From: Nemertoderma westbladi
Lineage: Eukaryota; Animalia; Xenacoelomorpha
NCBI GenBank assembly: GCA_032718475.1
Contig: JAUCBJ010006704.1
Location: 4,004-68,003, forward strand
Reading direction: 5' to 3'
Length of the DNA: 64,000 bases
The notes below the pieces were generated by a model. The model saw only the letters and a program-made list of their open reading frames with translations, did not search any database and was not told the DNA's origin. Numbering within the stretch: the first letter of the stretch is position 1; each line of letters starts with the position of its first letter. Shown here in pieces: positions 49,601-61,877 of this stretch. The position numbers and the translations under genes were made by a program.

Positions 49601-52600
49601 TCTCCAGGGTAAATTGGACGCAAATAACAGTTGATTGATTACTCTCAAAAATAAAACTGTAACCTGTTCTATTGTGTTTAGTTTATTGTTTTGGTAAAAT
49701 AACGTTCCACTGTAACCTGCTCCTTTCCCTAAATTGAGAATTTAACATTGAGGTGAGGCGGGATATTGATTCGCCAAGGCGGATTTTGCGTCGAGTTCCC
49801 CCCCCCCCCCCCCCCCCCCTGTCTCACGGTCCGATGGTATCACTAACGTATTGTATATGCAGCTGCATTTTACATGCATGTATACATATATACATGTATA
49901 TATGTATATGTACGTATTGTATATATATATGTATTGTATATGGTAGAAACTTTTGCACTGTAATTCCGAGACGTTTATTTACGTTTGGTTTAGTATTTTG
50001 GTTACACTCAACCTCAATTAGTTAATCCAATTAAAACTTCCAAACTGCCATGCTCATGCAGTGGTACAAGACATTATAGACACCCTAACAAAACTACCAC
50101 AGCCAATCAATATCGTTAGTTCTTGAGATTTTAAGGGCAAGGAGCAGGTTACAGTGACTAGTTATTGTAACCAAAACAATAAACAAGAGTCAATATCTAG
50201 CACGGGTTATTGCACTATATTTTTGCTAGTAATCAAGTACTCGGCTGTAATTGGATGGTTACTGGTGGTTGTATCTCTGTTTTCCTAGGTTGTGGCAGGT
50301 CTGTTAGGCTGTATTCAATGATTTCATGAAATGGTAGCTCGGTAGGCCTATGACAAGCCTACACAGCTACATACAGCCCTAACCCGAAGTTAGGCTGCTA
50401 TAATCGAAGAAATTTTGCTCAAATTCGTAAATTAAAAGTTTTACAGTTTTGCAGTGTAAATTAGGTTAAAAATTCGCACCGTAATTCCGTGACGTTTAGT
50501 TTTGTAATTCCCGTTACGATCAGAAACCTTGAAACTAGAAATTGTTAAATTTATTAATTATAATAGTTTAATGAAAGTGAGCAGCAAATATTAGGAAGTA
50601 CTACAAGTAAGTTTTACAACTCAAATTTGCATCCAATTCGCAGCAATTCTTGTTTATAAAACACCAGTTTTTTATATTCGTTTTGCCGTGTAATTACCGT
50701 GACGATTTTTTAAACAACAAATATACAGTAATGAAATTAAATTTTGACTAATTTTTCGATTTCCATAACTAAATATAGAATTGTCTTTCCCCTCACACCA
50801 GTCCCATTGAATATACTTTTGAGGAAGATACATTTCCACAAAGAGTTTCGACAGCATTAATGCGAAGATTATCGAAGCCGGATAAGCTAACGAAAACCCC
50901 AAATGTTTCGAACCAATTTTGGAAAAACAAAATTTTCTAACATCGAACATGAAAACATACTAAAGGAGTTAAATAAATTGTAAGTGAAATTATCACAACC
51001 TGACGGACGGTTTGCCAGTCTCCATGACGACCTTGTGGGACCCCTTCCTGAATCAGAAGGTAATTCGTATCTGTTTACGATCACAGACCGCTTCACTCGC
51101 TGGCCAGAGGTAATTCCTCTGGAGAAGGCCACCACTGAGTCCTGTGCCCGTGCACTCATTAGGCACTGGATTGCTCGATTTGGTGTTCCAATCGACATTG
51201 TCTCAGATCGCGGCTCCCAATTCACTTCGCACTTGTGGTCGAAACTATATCAACTTCCAGGCATCTCTGCCTCGTCCACTACAGCCTACCACCCTCAGGC
51301 TAACGGTATATGTGCCGTCAACTTAAGCTGCCGACCTTGTTTACGACACAGCTCTACACCTCCCAGGGGAATGTCTACAGCGCGGATCTCCTACTGAACC
51401 TCTGTGTTACGGTATATGGCGCTGTATCCATAATATTAGTCATCATGCAGTATGCAATATTAGTCCGTTATGCAGTATGCAATATTAGTCCATTATGCAG
51501 TATGTAATATTAGTCCGTTGTGCAGCATGATATTTTAGATAAGGCATAATAACGCAGTGGTATTTAGGTAAGGAAGTTAAAACGCCCATATATTTTGCAT
51601 CCATTCATTTTGTATAGTATGTAGCTCTACCTACGTAATTTTGTATTAGGTTATATGTAGATAGTTCCAGGGTAAGTTTATTCGGACCCTGGATTCCGTG
51701 CTTGCTGATATTAGCTTTAGTAGGGCTAGCATATAGGGACGCCGTCCTGGCCATTCAGCAGCCAGAGACGTGAACCATTACCATATATGGTAATAATTCG
51801 AGGAAAGGGAGCAAATAGGGCTACAATCCGGCCTCCTTATTGGACTAGCTGCTTCCAGGTTGGTCTAGTGCTAGCACGGACTGGAGAGCCAATAAGAAAG
51901 CGATTGAGTCACCCTATTGCATCATCCCATCCGGATCACCTATAAATTGGCGGTGTGCCGGTAGAGCCTATCATCAATCTGTCACATGATACACCCCTGT
52001 TACAATTTACTTGCTGAGCTGTCTCTAATTTTGTATTTTTCTGCAATTTGCTAATTTTGATTAATTTCTTGGAATGATTTGCTAGTGCGATTACTTTGCT
52101 TGTGTTTCTCAATTAATTCCTTCGATTACTGCTAATTACAACTGAACTATGATTTCTACCTTTTGATTAATGGTTCTATGTGATTCTTTTCTGCGCAATA
52201 ATCCTAAGGGATTCCTGAGACTGTCAGACTTTGTGATTTGCATGCGCCGCTACGGTAGCTATTAGCATCATGAAGGGCTAAGGTGCCAGTGGGCGGTGGG
52301 CGCATCGGGGGGTTGAGCGACTAGGAGAGAGCGGAGGATTCAAAGCGGGCAACGCTGGCCAGAGTCACCGTTGCGGGCGGGTAACTTGCACTGCGGCACG
52401 CAGACCGATCGCCGGTACAGCAATTAGGGGGCTGATGATCCAGGTTTTGTCTCTATTTAGTATTAGGGGGGGCAGGAATTGGGTTAGTTAGGAATCCTAG
52501 ATGTACCCGGGAGAGGCCTGCGCGTATTAAAACGTTGAGTGTGGAGTACGAGTAGTGAATTGCACAATTGTAAACTGTGATTTCTAACGCTGATTGGTGT

Positions 52601-55600
52601 GTTATTGAAGTGTGCCTAAGATTACGAATGCTTAGATAGGCGCTCTTTTCCTTTGATTGATTTCTATTTCTTAGTTACAATAATTAGTTATTGATTAGGT
52701 CAAAGTAATACGGCAAATTAGGCTATTACTAGCGAAACCTGTTGCGTGATAAATTAGAATTACGTATTCTGGAACTCTTAGTAATTAGTACGCTGTTAAA
52801 TATTTGTGACTGTAATTAATTAGTAAAAAATTAAGAATTAGTACGCAGCATAGCGGAGAGTAGCTAAGGTAATAATTAGTGTACTGTAAACTATTCACGC
52901 TGAGCGGTTATTTGCATTAGCGGACAATCAGCTAGAACGCACTATTCGGTACGCACGATACGCTAGTAAATTTGCTGGCCTAAAGCCAGTCGCGGGCAGT
53001 TTTAGACCCGGAGTGGTATTATCCACGTAGAAACAGATACTGTACCATTTTGATATTTTAAATATTCTCGCATTCACACATTACGTTAGGGAACCTCCAG
53101 TATTCGCGATTAGAAAGACGTAGGTAATAGCGTGCTTTAATAGTGATAAAATTAGGCGTAAGAATACTCTGAGTGCAAGGCCTCTCCTCTCGCACTCGTC
53201 TTAAGTAAGCTTAGGGAGCCGACTCGGGTTTATTGTTTTGGTTATTCCCGCGTGGCTCATAGATTCGAACAGTTAGCTCTCTATCGAGCGATCGGTAGAG
53301 AAAGGAACAAGCGATTTTGCAGGAGTAGTGTAAAATTAGTAAAATATATTAGTGGACGGCAGATTAGCGCCATCTAACGGTAAGTAGCGGTTTTGTATTT
53401 AGCAACCCTTACAATTTAGTAATAGCACGCTCCTGATCCCCTTTACTTAACAGTAGAGCAGTCTTTGTGTCTTATTGGTTAGACGAGAACTTATTAGGTT
53501 GGCAGAAGGATATTAACAGGTATTGGTCTGTTCAACAGTTCTGCTGTTAGTATAGAGGTCGCGGTTGTTTATCACTCTGGATAACGAATTCCTGCTACGT
53601 CTACAGACTGCTATGCCCGCTATGACTGCTATCTCCCTCCGCCTTTCAACTATCTTGGCCAACGACATGAAAGCTTTCAAAACCACTTATCATCATCACC
53701 TGGAATCGTTAATGTTCGAGTAGACAACAATGGTAAAAACAAGATTCCGTCTCTGTTGGCAGACTCAAAGTAGCGTTTAAATCACAGTTTTCGACCACAG
53801 CTCCAAATCCACAGCTGCCAACAGCTACACCCACACCAACAAACCCCTCACCGGCTCCAACCCCAGCAACATTGGAACCCCAACAAGTATCACGTTCAGG
53901 CCGTATCATAAAGCTTCCACACTATTACGGGTTCCAGGCATCATCGCTTCAGTGCCCTCCGCTGGGGGGAGCCATGAGGCGACCCTGGAACTAGAACATG
54001 CTAGGTTTCCCAGATAAGGAATCTGGATATGTTTCTAGGCAACACAACAAACAATTATTCTTATAGCTAGCTAGATCATTAAATTAAATAATTAACAATT
54101 ATTACATATAATAATATATAAATATATAATAATAATTAAATAATAATAATACAATAAATTTAGCTCACGCTAAAAGACCAACTGGTATATATATATACCT
54201 GGCATTTCACCTGCCGGGACGTTACGTATGTTCCCAGTACAGTGTACAAAACTCAAAGGAGACATACCGTTGGAGGGAGTCAACACGTCTGTATATTGAT
54301 AGAATTATAATGTATTATTTTATACTATATTGTATAGTACGACATTATACTACAATATAATGGTGTTGGTATGGGATTGATAAAAAACGAAACGAAACGA
54401 ATATTTCATATGATTTGTAAAAACGAAACGATTACGAAACTAAGTTTGAAAACGAAACGATTACGAAACTAAGTTTGAAAACGAAACGATTACGAAACTA
54501 AGTTTGAAAACGAAACGAAATTGAAATTTCATTAGTTTCGTTTCGTTATAACATCCCCGGTTGAAAGAGCATCCAAATAGATATCGTCAGTCAATAATTA
54601 AGCAACAGAAAGGTAGAAATTTAAGAATAAAGATACGTATTACATGGGAAAAAAAGTAGGACTTTTCAATATTCTCTTGAACCTTTATTCACATAGCTGG
54701 CGCTCGGTATATAAATAAAATACCCCGAGAGCGAGAATAGTGAAACAGTTATACGTCTTTTCCCAAGTAATTAAACAACATATTATATTGTGTATAATGT
54801 ACCTTTATCTCACTTCGGTCCCTCGTTTCAATATTTCCATATTTATTTATTATAAATCATTCAAATTATCAAACATTAGATAAAATAAAAATGGGTATTC
54901 ACTTTTGATTTTTTGTGGCTAAGAGTTTCCAAAGATATTTTAGTTCACCAACAAATACCAAACCAGCTCACATGGAGCTACTTGGAGCCTCTATTTTATC
55001 AACGTGAGCCTGACCTTAGGTACCATCTATACTTACTTCAGGACAGCGGACACCTTTCCGATCAATAAAATCTTTGAAGGCCCGCGCCCCGTGCATATTG
55101 ACCAATTGCTCATCTAAATCAAACATTTTCTCTTTAATTTCGTTATCAATGTCATTCTCAACTCCTGGAGGGGGCTGCATCGGCTACAAACAATATAAAA
55201 ATTAAAAGGAAAGTTTCTTATTATAAAGGAGGATCTGTGTAGATAGAAGATGTGACACGTGTCGGATCTTGTACACCAAAATGATATCTACGACTGTAAA
55301 ATTGGTTTCCTACAATTATTATGGCTGAACTTTGAGCGTAAAACTGCGGAAACAACCAGAAGGATCCTTTCTCTTGGCTGTTACCTGTAGGGAAGGGATG
55401 GGCGGCTAAATAAAAACTTAAATTAAAAACTTAAACTTAATTTAGTTAGTTAATCACTAACTGTATAATAATCTTCACTATCCAACCCTTTCTTAATTAA
55501 TCCCCCAGTATCACGCAGGTTACAATTACATCAGGTTGGGTTATGGAGAATTTAAAAGTTAACGAAAACTTGTTATATTCCGTTTCTGAGGCTCGAACTC

Positions 55601-58600
55601 AGTACATTCCGGTTGGAATACCGACGCCCTAACCACCTTGGAAAATGAACCTGTCCATGCAATACGTACCTTAGTAGGGTCACGCTTCACCCATGTTCGG
55701 GGGGGAAGGTACCACGCGCCGTATGTCATCTTGGGTGGCTTCCGGTCCTCCGATTTCGGAATGCGGTCCACTTCTGTACCGTTCGATTCCGGAACTCCGT
55801 CGGAAACCCTCAGCTCTTCCGGAATCGTATTCATGTCAACAACTCGGATTGGAACTACAGAATAAAGTAGTAATTGCCGAACTGCAGATGGTGAACTTCA
55901 TTAACTGAGTATGTTCACTAAACAAACTCAGTTAATGAACAAACTCAGTTAATTAACATACTCAGTTAATGAACAAACTCTGTTAATGAGCATACTCAGT
56001 TAATGAACAAACTCAGTTAATTAACATACTAAGTTAATGAACAAACTCAGTTAATGAACATAAACAGCTAATGAACAAACTCAGCTAATGAACATACTCA
56101 GCTAATGAACATACTCAGTTAATGAACATACTCAGCTAATGAACAAACTCAGTAAATGAACAAACTCAGCTAATGAACATACTCAGTTAATGAACAAACT
56201 CAGATAATGAACATACTCAGTTAATGAACAAACTCAGTGAATGAATATACTCAGCTAATGAACAAACTCAGCTAATGAACCTACTCAACTAATGAACATA
56301 CTCAGTTAATGAACATACTCAGCTTATGAACAAACTCAGCTAATGAACATACTCAGTTAATGAACATACCCAGCTAATGAACAAACTCAGTTAATAAACA
56401 AACTCAGCTAATGAACATACTCAGTTAATGAACAAAAACTTAGTTAATGAACATACTCAGTTAATGAACATACTCAGCTTATGAACAAACTCAGCTAATG
56501 AACATACTCAGTTAATGAACATACTCAGCTAATGTACAAACTCAGTTAATAAACAAACTCAGCTAATGAACATAATCAGTTAATAAACAAACTCAGTTAA
56601 TGAACATAAACAGCTAATGAACAAACTCAGTTAATAAACAAACTCAGCTAATAAACAAACTCAGTTAATGAACATACTCAGTTAATGAACAAACTTAGTT
56701 AATGAACATACTCAGTTAATGAACAAACTCAGTTAATAAACAAACTCAGCTAATGAACATAATCAGTTAATAAACAAACTCAGTTAATGAACATACTCAG
56801 TTAATGAACAAACTTAGTTAATGAACATACTCAGCTAATGAACAAACTCAGTTAATAAACAAACTCAGATAATGAACATAATCAGTTAATAAACAAACTC
56901 AGTTAATGAACATACTCAGCTAATGAACAAACTCAGTTAATAAACAAACTCAGTTAATGAACATACTCAGTTAATGAACAAACTTAGTTAATGAACATAC
57001 TCAGCTAATGAACAAACTCAGTTAATAAACAAACTCAGCTAATGAACATAATCAGTTAATAAACAAACTCAGTTAATGAACATACTCAGCTAATGTACAA
57101 ACTCAGTTAATAAACAAACTCAGCTAAAAAACAAACTCAGTTAATGAACATACTCAGTTAATGAACAAACTTAGTTAATGAACATACTCAGTTAATGAAC
57201 ATACTCAGCTTATGAACAAACTCAGCTAATGAACATACTCAGTTAATGAACATACTCAGCTAATGAACAAACTCAGTTAATAAACAAACTCAGCTAATGA
57301 ACAAACTCAGTTTATAAACAAACTCAGCTAATGAACATACTCAGTTAATGAACATACTCAGCTAATGAACAAACTCAGTTAATAAACAAACTCAGCTAAT
57401 GAACATAATCAGTTAATAAACAAACTCAGTTAATGAACATACTCAGTTAATGAACAAACTTAGTTAATGAACATGCTCAGTTAATGAACATACTCAGCTT
57501 ATGAAAAAACTCAGCTAATGAACATACTCAGTTAATGAACATACTCAGCTAATGAACAAACTCAGTTAATAAACAAACTCAGCTAATGAACATAATCAGT
57601 TAATAAACATACTCAGTTAATGAACAAACTCAGATAATGAACATACTCAGCTAATGAACAAACTCAGATAATGAACCTACTCAGCTAATGAACATACTCA
57701 GTTAATGTACAAACTCAGCTAATGAACATACTCAGTTAATGTACAAACTCAGCTAATGAACATACTAGTTAATGATCAAACTCAGTTAATGAACATACTC
57801 AGTTAATGAACAAACTCAGATAATGAACATACTCAGTTAATGAACAAACTCAGTTAATGAATATACTCAGCTAATGAACAAACTCAGCTAATGAACCTAC
57901 TCAACTAATGAACATACTCAGTTAATGAACATACTCAGCTTATGAACAAACTCAGCTAATGAACATACTCAGTTAATGAACAAACTCAGATAATGAACAT
58001 ACTCAGTTAATGAACAAACTCAGTTAATGAATATACTCAGCTAATGTACAAACTCAGCTAATGAACCTACTCAACTAATGAACATACTCAGTTAATGAAC
58101 ATACTCAGCTTATGAACAAACTCAGCTAATGAACATACTCAGTTAATGAACATACTCAGCTAATGAACAAACTCAGTTAATAAACAAACTCAGCTAATGA
58201 ACATAATCAGTTAATAAACAAACTCAGTTAATGAACATACTCAGTTAATGAACAAACTCAGATAATGAACATACTCAGCTAATGAACAAACTCAGATAAT
58301 GAACCTACTCAGCTAATGAACATACTCAGTTAATGTACAAACTCAGCTAATGAACATAATCAGTTAATGTACAAACTCAGCTAATGAACATACTAGTTAA
58401 TGATCAAACTCAGTTAATGAACATACTCAGTTAATGAACAAACTCAGATAATGAACATACTCAGTTAATGAACAAACTCAGTTAATGAATATACTCAGCT
58501 AATGAACAAACTCAGCTAATGAACCTACTCAACTAATGAACATACTCAGTTAATGAACATACTCAGCTTATGAACAAACTCAGCTAATTAACATACTCAG

Positions 58601-61600
58601 TTAATGAACAAACTCAGATAATGAACATACTCAGTTAATGAACAAACTCAGTTAATGAATATACTCAGCTAATGAACAAACTCAGCTAATGAACCTACTC
58701 AACTAGTGAACATACTCAGTTAATGAACATACTCAGCTTATGAACAAACTCAGCTAATGAACATACTCAGTTAATGAACATACTCAGCTAATGAACAAAC
58801 TCAGTTAATAAACAAACTCAGCTAATGAACATAATCAGTTAATAAACAAACTCAGTTAATGAACATACTCAGTTAATTAACAAACTTAGTTAATGAACAT
58901 ACTCAGTTAATGAACATACTCAGCTTATGAACAAACTCAGCTAATGAACATACTCAGGTAATGAACATACTCAGCTAATGAACAAACTCAGTTAATAAAC
59001 AAACTTAGCTAATGAACATAATCAGTTAATAAACATACTCAGTTAATGAACAAACTCAGATAATGAACATACTCAGCTAATGAACAAACTCAGATAATGA
59101 ACCTACTCAGCTAATGAACATACTCAGTTAATGTACAAACTCAGCTAATGAACATACTGAGTTAATGAACAAACTCAGCTAATGAACATACTCAGTTAAA
59201 GAACAAACTCAGTTAATGAACATACTCAGTTAATGAACAAACTCAGCTAATGGACATAACCAGTTAATGAACAAACTCAGCTAATGAACATACTCAGCTA
59301 ATGAACATACTCAGTTAATGAACATACTCAGCTAATGAACAAACTCAGCTAATGAACCTACTCAACTAATGATCATACTCAGCTAATGAACATACTCAGT
59401 TAATGAACATACTCAGTTAATGAACATACTCAGTTAATGAACAAACTCAGCTAATGAACATACTCAGTTAATGAACAAACTCAGTTAATGAACATAATCA
59501 GTGAATAAACAAACTCAGCTAATGAACATACTCAGCTAATGAACATACTCAGTTAATGAACAAACTCAGCTAATGAATATACTCAGATAATGAACAAACT
59601 CAGTTAATGAACATACTCAGTTAATGAACAAACTCAGCTAATGAACATAATCAGTTAATAAACAAACTCAGCTAATGAACATTCTCAGCTAATGAACAAA
59701 CTCAGTTAATGAACAAACTCAGTTAATGAACATACTCAGTTAATAAACATTCTCAGCTATTGAACATACTCAGTTAATGAACATACTCAGTTAATGACCA
59801 TACTCAGTTAATGAACAAACTCAGCTAATGAACATACTCAGAAAACGAACAAACTCAGATAATGAAAATACTCAGTTAATGAACAAACTCAGTTAATGAA
59901 CATACTCAGTTAATGACCATACTCAGTTAATGAACAAACTCAGCTAATGAACATACTCAGATAACGAACAAACTCAGATAATGAAAATACTCAGTTAATG
60001 AACAAACTCAGTTAATGAACATACTCAGCTAATGAACAAACTCAGCTAATGAACCTACTCAGCTAATGAACATACTCAGTTAATGAACAAACTCAGCTAA
60101 TGAATATACTCAGATAATGAACAAACTCAGTTAATGAACATACTCAGTTAATGAACAAACTCAGCTAATGAACATAATCAGTTAATAAACAAACTCAGCT
60201 AATGAACATTCTCAGCTAATGAACAAACTCAGTTAATGAACATACTCAGTTAATGAACATACTCAGTTAATGAACATACTCAGTTAATGAACATACTCAG
60301 CTAATGAACAAACTCAGCAAATTAACATACTCAGTTAATGAACAAACTCAGTTAATGAACATACTAAGTTAATGAACAAACTCAGTTAATGAACAAACTC
60401 AGGTACTGAACATACTCAGTTAATGAACAAACTCAGTTAATGAACATAATCAGTGAATAAACAAACTCAGCTAATGAACATACTCAGCTAATGAACATAC
60501 TCAGTTAATGAACAAACTCAGCTAATGAATATACTCAGATAATGAACAAACTCAGTTAATGAACATACTCAGTTAATGAACAAACTCAGCTAACGAACAT
60601 AATCAGTTAATAAACAAACTCAGCTAATGAACATTATCAGGTAATGAACAAACTCAGTTAATGAACAAACTCAGTTAATTAACATACTCAGTTAATAAAC
60701 ATACTCAGCTATTGAACATACTCAGTTAATGAACATACTCAGTTAATGACCATACTCAGTTAATGAACAAACTCAGCTAATGAACATACTCAGATAACGA
60801 ACAAACTCAGATAATGAAAATACTCAGTTAATGAACAAACTCAGTTAATGAACATACTCAGCTAATGAACAAACTCAGCTAATGAACCTACTCAGCTAAT
60901 GAACATACTCAGTTAATGAACAAACTCAGCTAATGAATATACTCAGATAATGAACAAACTCAGTTAATGAACATACTCAGTTAATGAACAAACTCAGCTA
61001 ATGAACATAATCAGTTAATAAACAAACTCAGCTAATGAACATTCTCAGCTAATGAACCAACTCAGTTAATGAACATACTCAGTTAATGAACATACTCAGT
61101 TAATGAACATACTCAGTTAATGAACACACTCAGCTAATGAACAAACTCAGCTAATTAACATACTCAGTTAATGAACAAACTCAGTTAATGAACATACTAA
61201 GTTAATGAACAAACTCAGTTAATGAACATAAACAGCTAATGAACAAACTCAGCTAATGAACATACTCAGCTAATGAACATACTCAGTTAATGAACATACT
61301 CAGCTAATGAACAAACTCAGTAAATGAACAAACTCAGCTAATGAACATACTCAGTTAATGAACAAACTCAGTTAATGAACATACTCAGTTAATGAACAAA
61401 CTCAGTTAATGAATATACTCAGCTAATGAACAAACTCAGCTAATGAACCTACTCAACTAATGAACATACTCAGTTAATGAACATACTCAGCTTATGAACA
61501 AACTCAGCTAATGAACATACTCAGTTAATGAACATACTCAGCTAATGAACAAACTCAGTTAATGAACAAACTCAGCTAATGAACAAACTCTGTTAATGAA

Positions 61601-61877
61601 CAAACTCAGTTAATGATCATACTCAGTTAATGAACAAACTCAGCTAATGAACAAACTCAGTTAATGAACAAACTCAGTTAATGAACATACTCAGATAATG
61701 AACAAAATCAGCTAATGAACAAGTTCGGCCTGAACTCATAAATACTTGTGACTCACCAGACAAGGATGGCCTGGATTCGTAACCGCTGGCGAATAAACTC
61801 GACATCGTAGACGCTTCAATGTTGTCCTTCTGCCCTCCAATACTGGAAACCCAATCGCAAAACTCCTTGGTAACCTC
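43601..61877 (-). CDS. FAM47E: FAM47-family protein (FAM47E-like), last four coding exons; 5' exons presumably lie beyond the window
   Basis: Exons 61877-61757, 55854-55670, 55183-55037 and 43660-43601 splice in frame with GT-AG boundaries. Motifs KEFCDWV..SLFASGYE, KMTYGAWYLPPRTW and HGARAFKDFIDRKGVRCPEFL match my recollection of the FAM47 C-terminal region. Confidence 0.78.
43746..45243. repeat. 22-bp tandem satellite (AAATGTTTTTCACCCGTGTGAT), about 68 copies, intronic
   Basis: Period 22 (e.g. CACCCG at 43801 and 43823); highly homogeneous; no spacers. Confidence 0.97.
45562..49100 (-). mobile_element. Near full-length RTE-like LINE (APE endonuclease + RT), frameshifted
   Basis: ATMNARTL, IQEHR, GDLNA, QLDYIL, SDH; RT FVDFKKAFDSI, GVLQGDTLAP, FADD at about 46309-46320; (TAA)n-like 3' tail; frameshifts near 46360, 45910 and 45665. 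The 5' boundary is approximate. Confidence 0.9.
46359..48617 (-). CDS. LINE ORF, endonuclease plus N-terminal part of RT (752 aa to the first frameshift)
   Basis: ORF track translation carries the APE and RT motifs listed for the element. Confidence 0.8.
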   Translation of the reverse strand: MSMRTLQEKYRLGRRLGQQGPRPSVVHQAGVDKLATGTEDREERRTNLLKCKKTLKIATMNARTLKAQSKQGDIVALAMEYNIDIICIQEHRICHEDTAMKYNDIGNGWTLVTSSAVRNSANASIGGVGILLSPFALKTLNNIESINSRAMIATFHGNPKTTVICCYSPTNASEPEQAVKFYEELTGLTKDIPKHNVKVIAGDLNAQIGPEDIKGYTYNTSSNRNGYLLLDLMEECELIPTNNTFEKSKGKLWTFQYPNGTKAQLDYILINKKWRNSMINCEAYSSFNLIGSDHRIVTAEIRLSLRATKPRTSKQINYDWEKLRTDNAVKYAYTVEVQNRFEALQSMDEDQSTDSIYQNIITAHKESAKRHITQKPKRKQYVPWQNSEVTCKREDLKIAYKVKTEQPTTENINKVEKAKDDLKLAYNISQEKYIQDKTEAITTAHIQQQSRLAWQTVNEVSGRKSCAKGRLKADSPEERVGKWKNHFSNLLGQPPNIEVSPTRKIYDKILPIETGDFTPAELQRSIKSMSNNKASGLDEIPAEVWKTGVLNRPLLNVCNRMLKGEKPPPIWTKGQLKPLPKKGDLGIPTNYRGICLLVVAAKIYNKMILYRIRPHIEKLLRKSQNGFRPSRSTIAQILALRRLIEGIKSKNLPAVMTFVDFKKAFDSIHRGKMLEILRAYGIPEVIVAGIGLLYCDTEAQVLSPEGETEFFSILAGVLQGDTLAPLLFVIVLDYAMRTATKGEDLGFTLQER
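49572..49819. mobile_element. MITE-like dispersed repeat, copy 3
   Basis: Homologous to 2591-2820; ends TTGCGTCGAGTT plus poly-C. Partial copies at about 50130-50185 (inverted) and 63464-63501. Confidence 0.7.
50984..53990 (+). mobile_element. Gypsy integrase/3'-end remnant split by a solo LTR
   Basis: DLVGPLP..DRFTRWPE..SDRGSQF..TTAYHPQANG (50984-51306); resumes at 53580 with VSVGRLK..SRSGR; PPT GGGGGGAG then TG at about 53975. Confidence 0.8.
51405..53574. mobile_element. 2170-bp solo LTR
   Basis: TG..CA ends; 5-bp TSD CTCTG at 51400-51404 and 53575-53579; removing it restores the frame GSPTEPL|DNEFLLRLQ; non-coding inside. Confidence 0.72.
54384..54557. repeat. 29-bp tandem repeat (about 3.5 copies) with an inverted TTTCGTTTCGTT end
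   Basis: AAACGAAACGATTACGAAACTAAGTTTGA repeated three times. Confidence 0.8.
55037..55183 (-). CDS. FAM47E: FAM47-like exon
   Basis: PMQPPPGVENDIDNEIKEKMFDLDEQLVNMHGARAFKDFIDRKGVRCPE; TAG acceptor, GTAAGT donor. Confidence 0.82.
55580..55651 (-). other. Degenerate tRNA-derived (SINE-like) fragment in a FAM47 intron
   Basis: Minus strand shows A-box-like TCCAAGGTGGTTAGGGCG and B-box GTTCGAGCC. Confidence 0.4.
55670..55854 (-). CDS. FAM47E: FAM47-like exon
   Basis: VPIRVVDMNTIPEELR...KMTYGAWYLPPRTWVKRDPTK; TAG acceptor, GTACGT donor. Confidence 0.82.
55920..61722. repeat. 17-bp tandem satellite (AATGAACAWACTCAGYT), about 340 copies, filling a FAM47 intron
   Basis: 5.8-kb array of 17-bp units with recurrent variants. 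Confidence 0.97.
61757..61877 (-). CDS. FAM47E: FAM47-like exon
   Basis: EVTKEFCDWVSSIGGQKDNIEASTMSSLFASGYESRPSLS; TAG acceptor, GTGAGT donor. Confidence 0.8.

Noticed and set aside
49260-50705. Defined DNA transposon from scattered GTAACGGAATTAC motifs
   Set aside because: The motif recurs in both orientations, but I could not define ends, a TSD or a transposase.
55920-61722. CRISPR array or repetitive coding exon
   Set aside because: Pure tandem 17-mer with frequent stops, lying between two in-phase exons.
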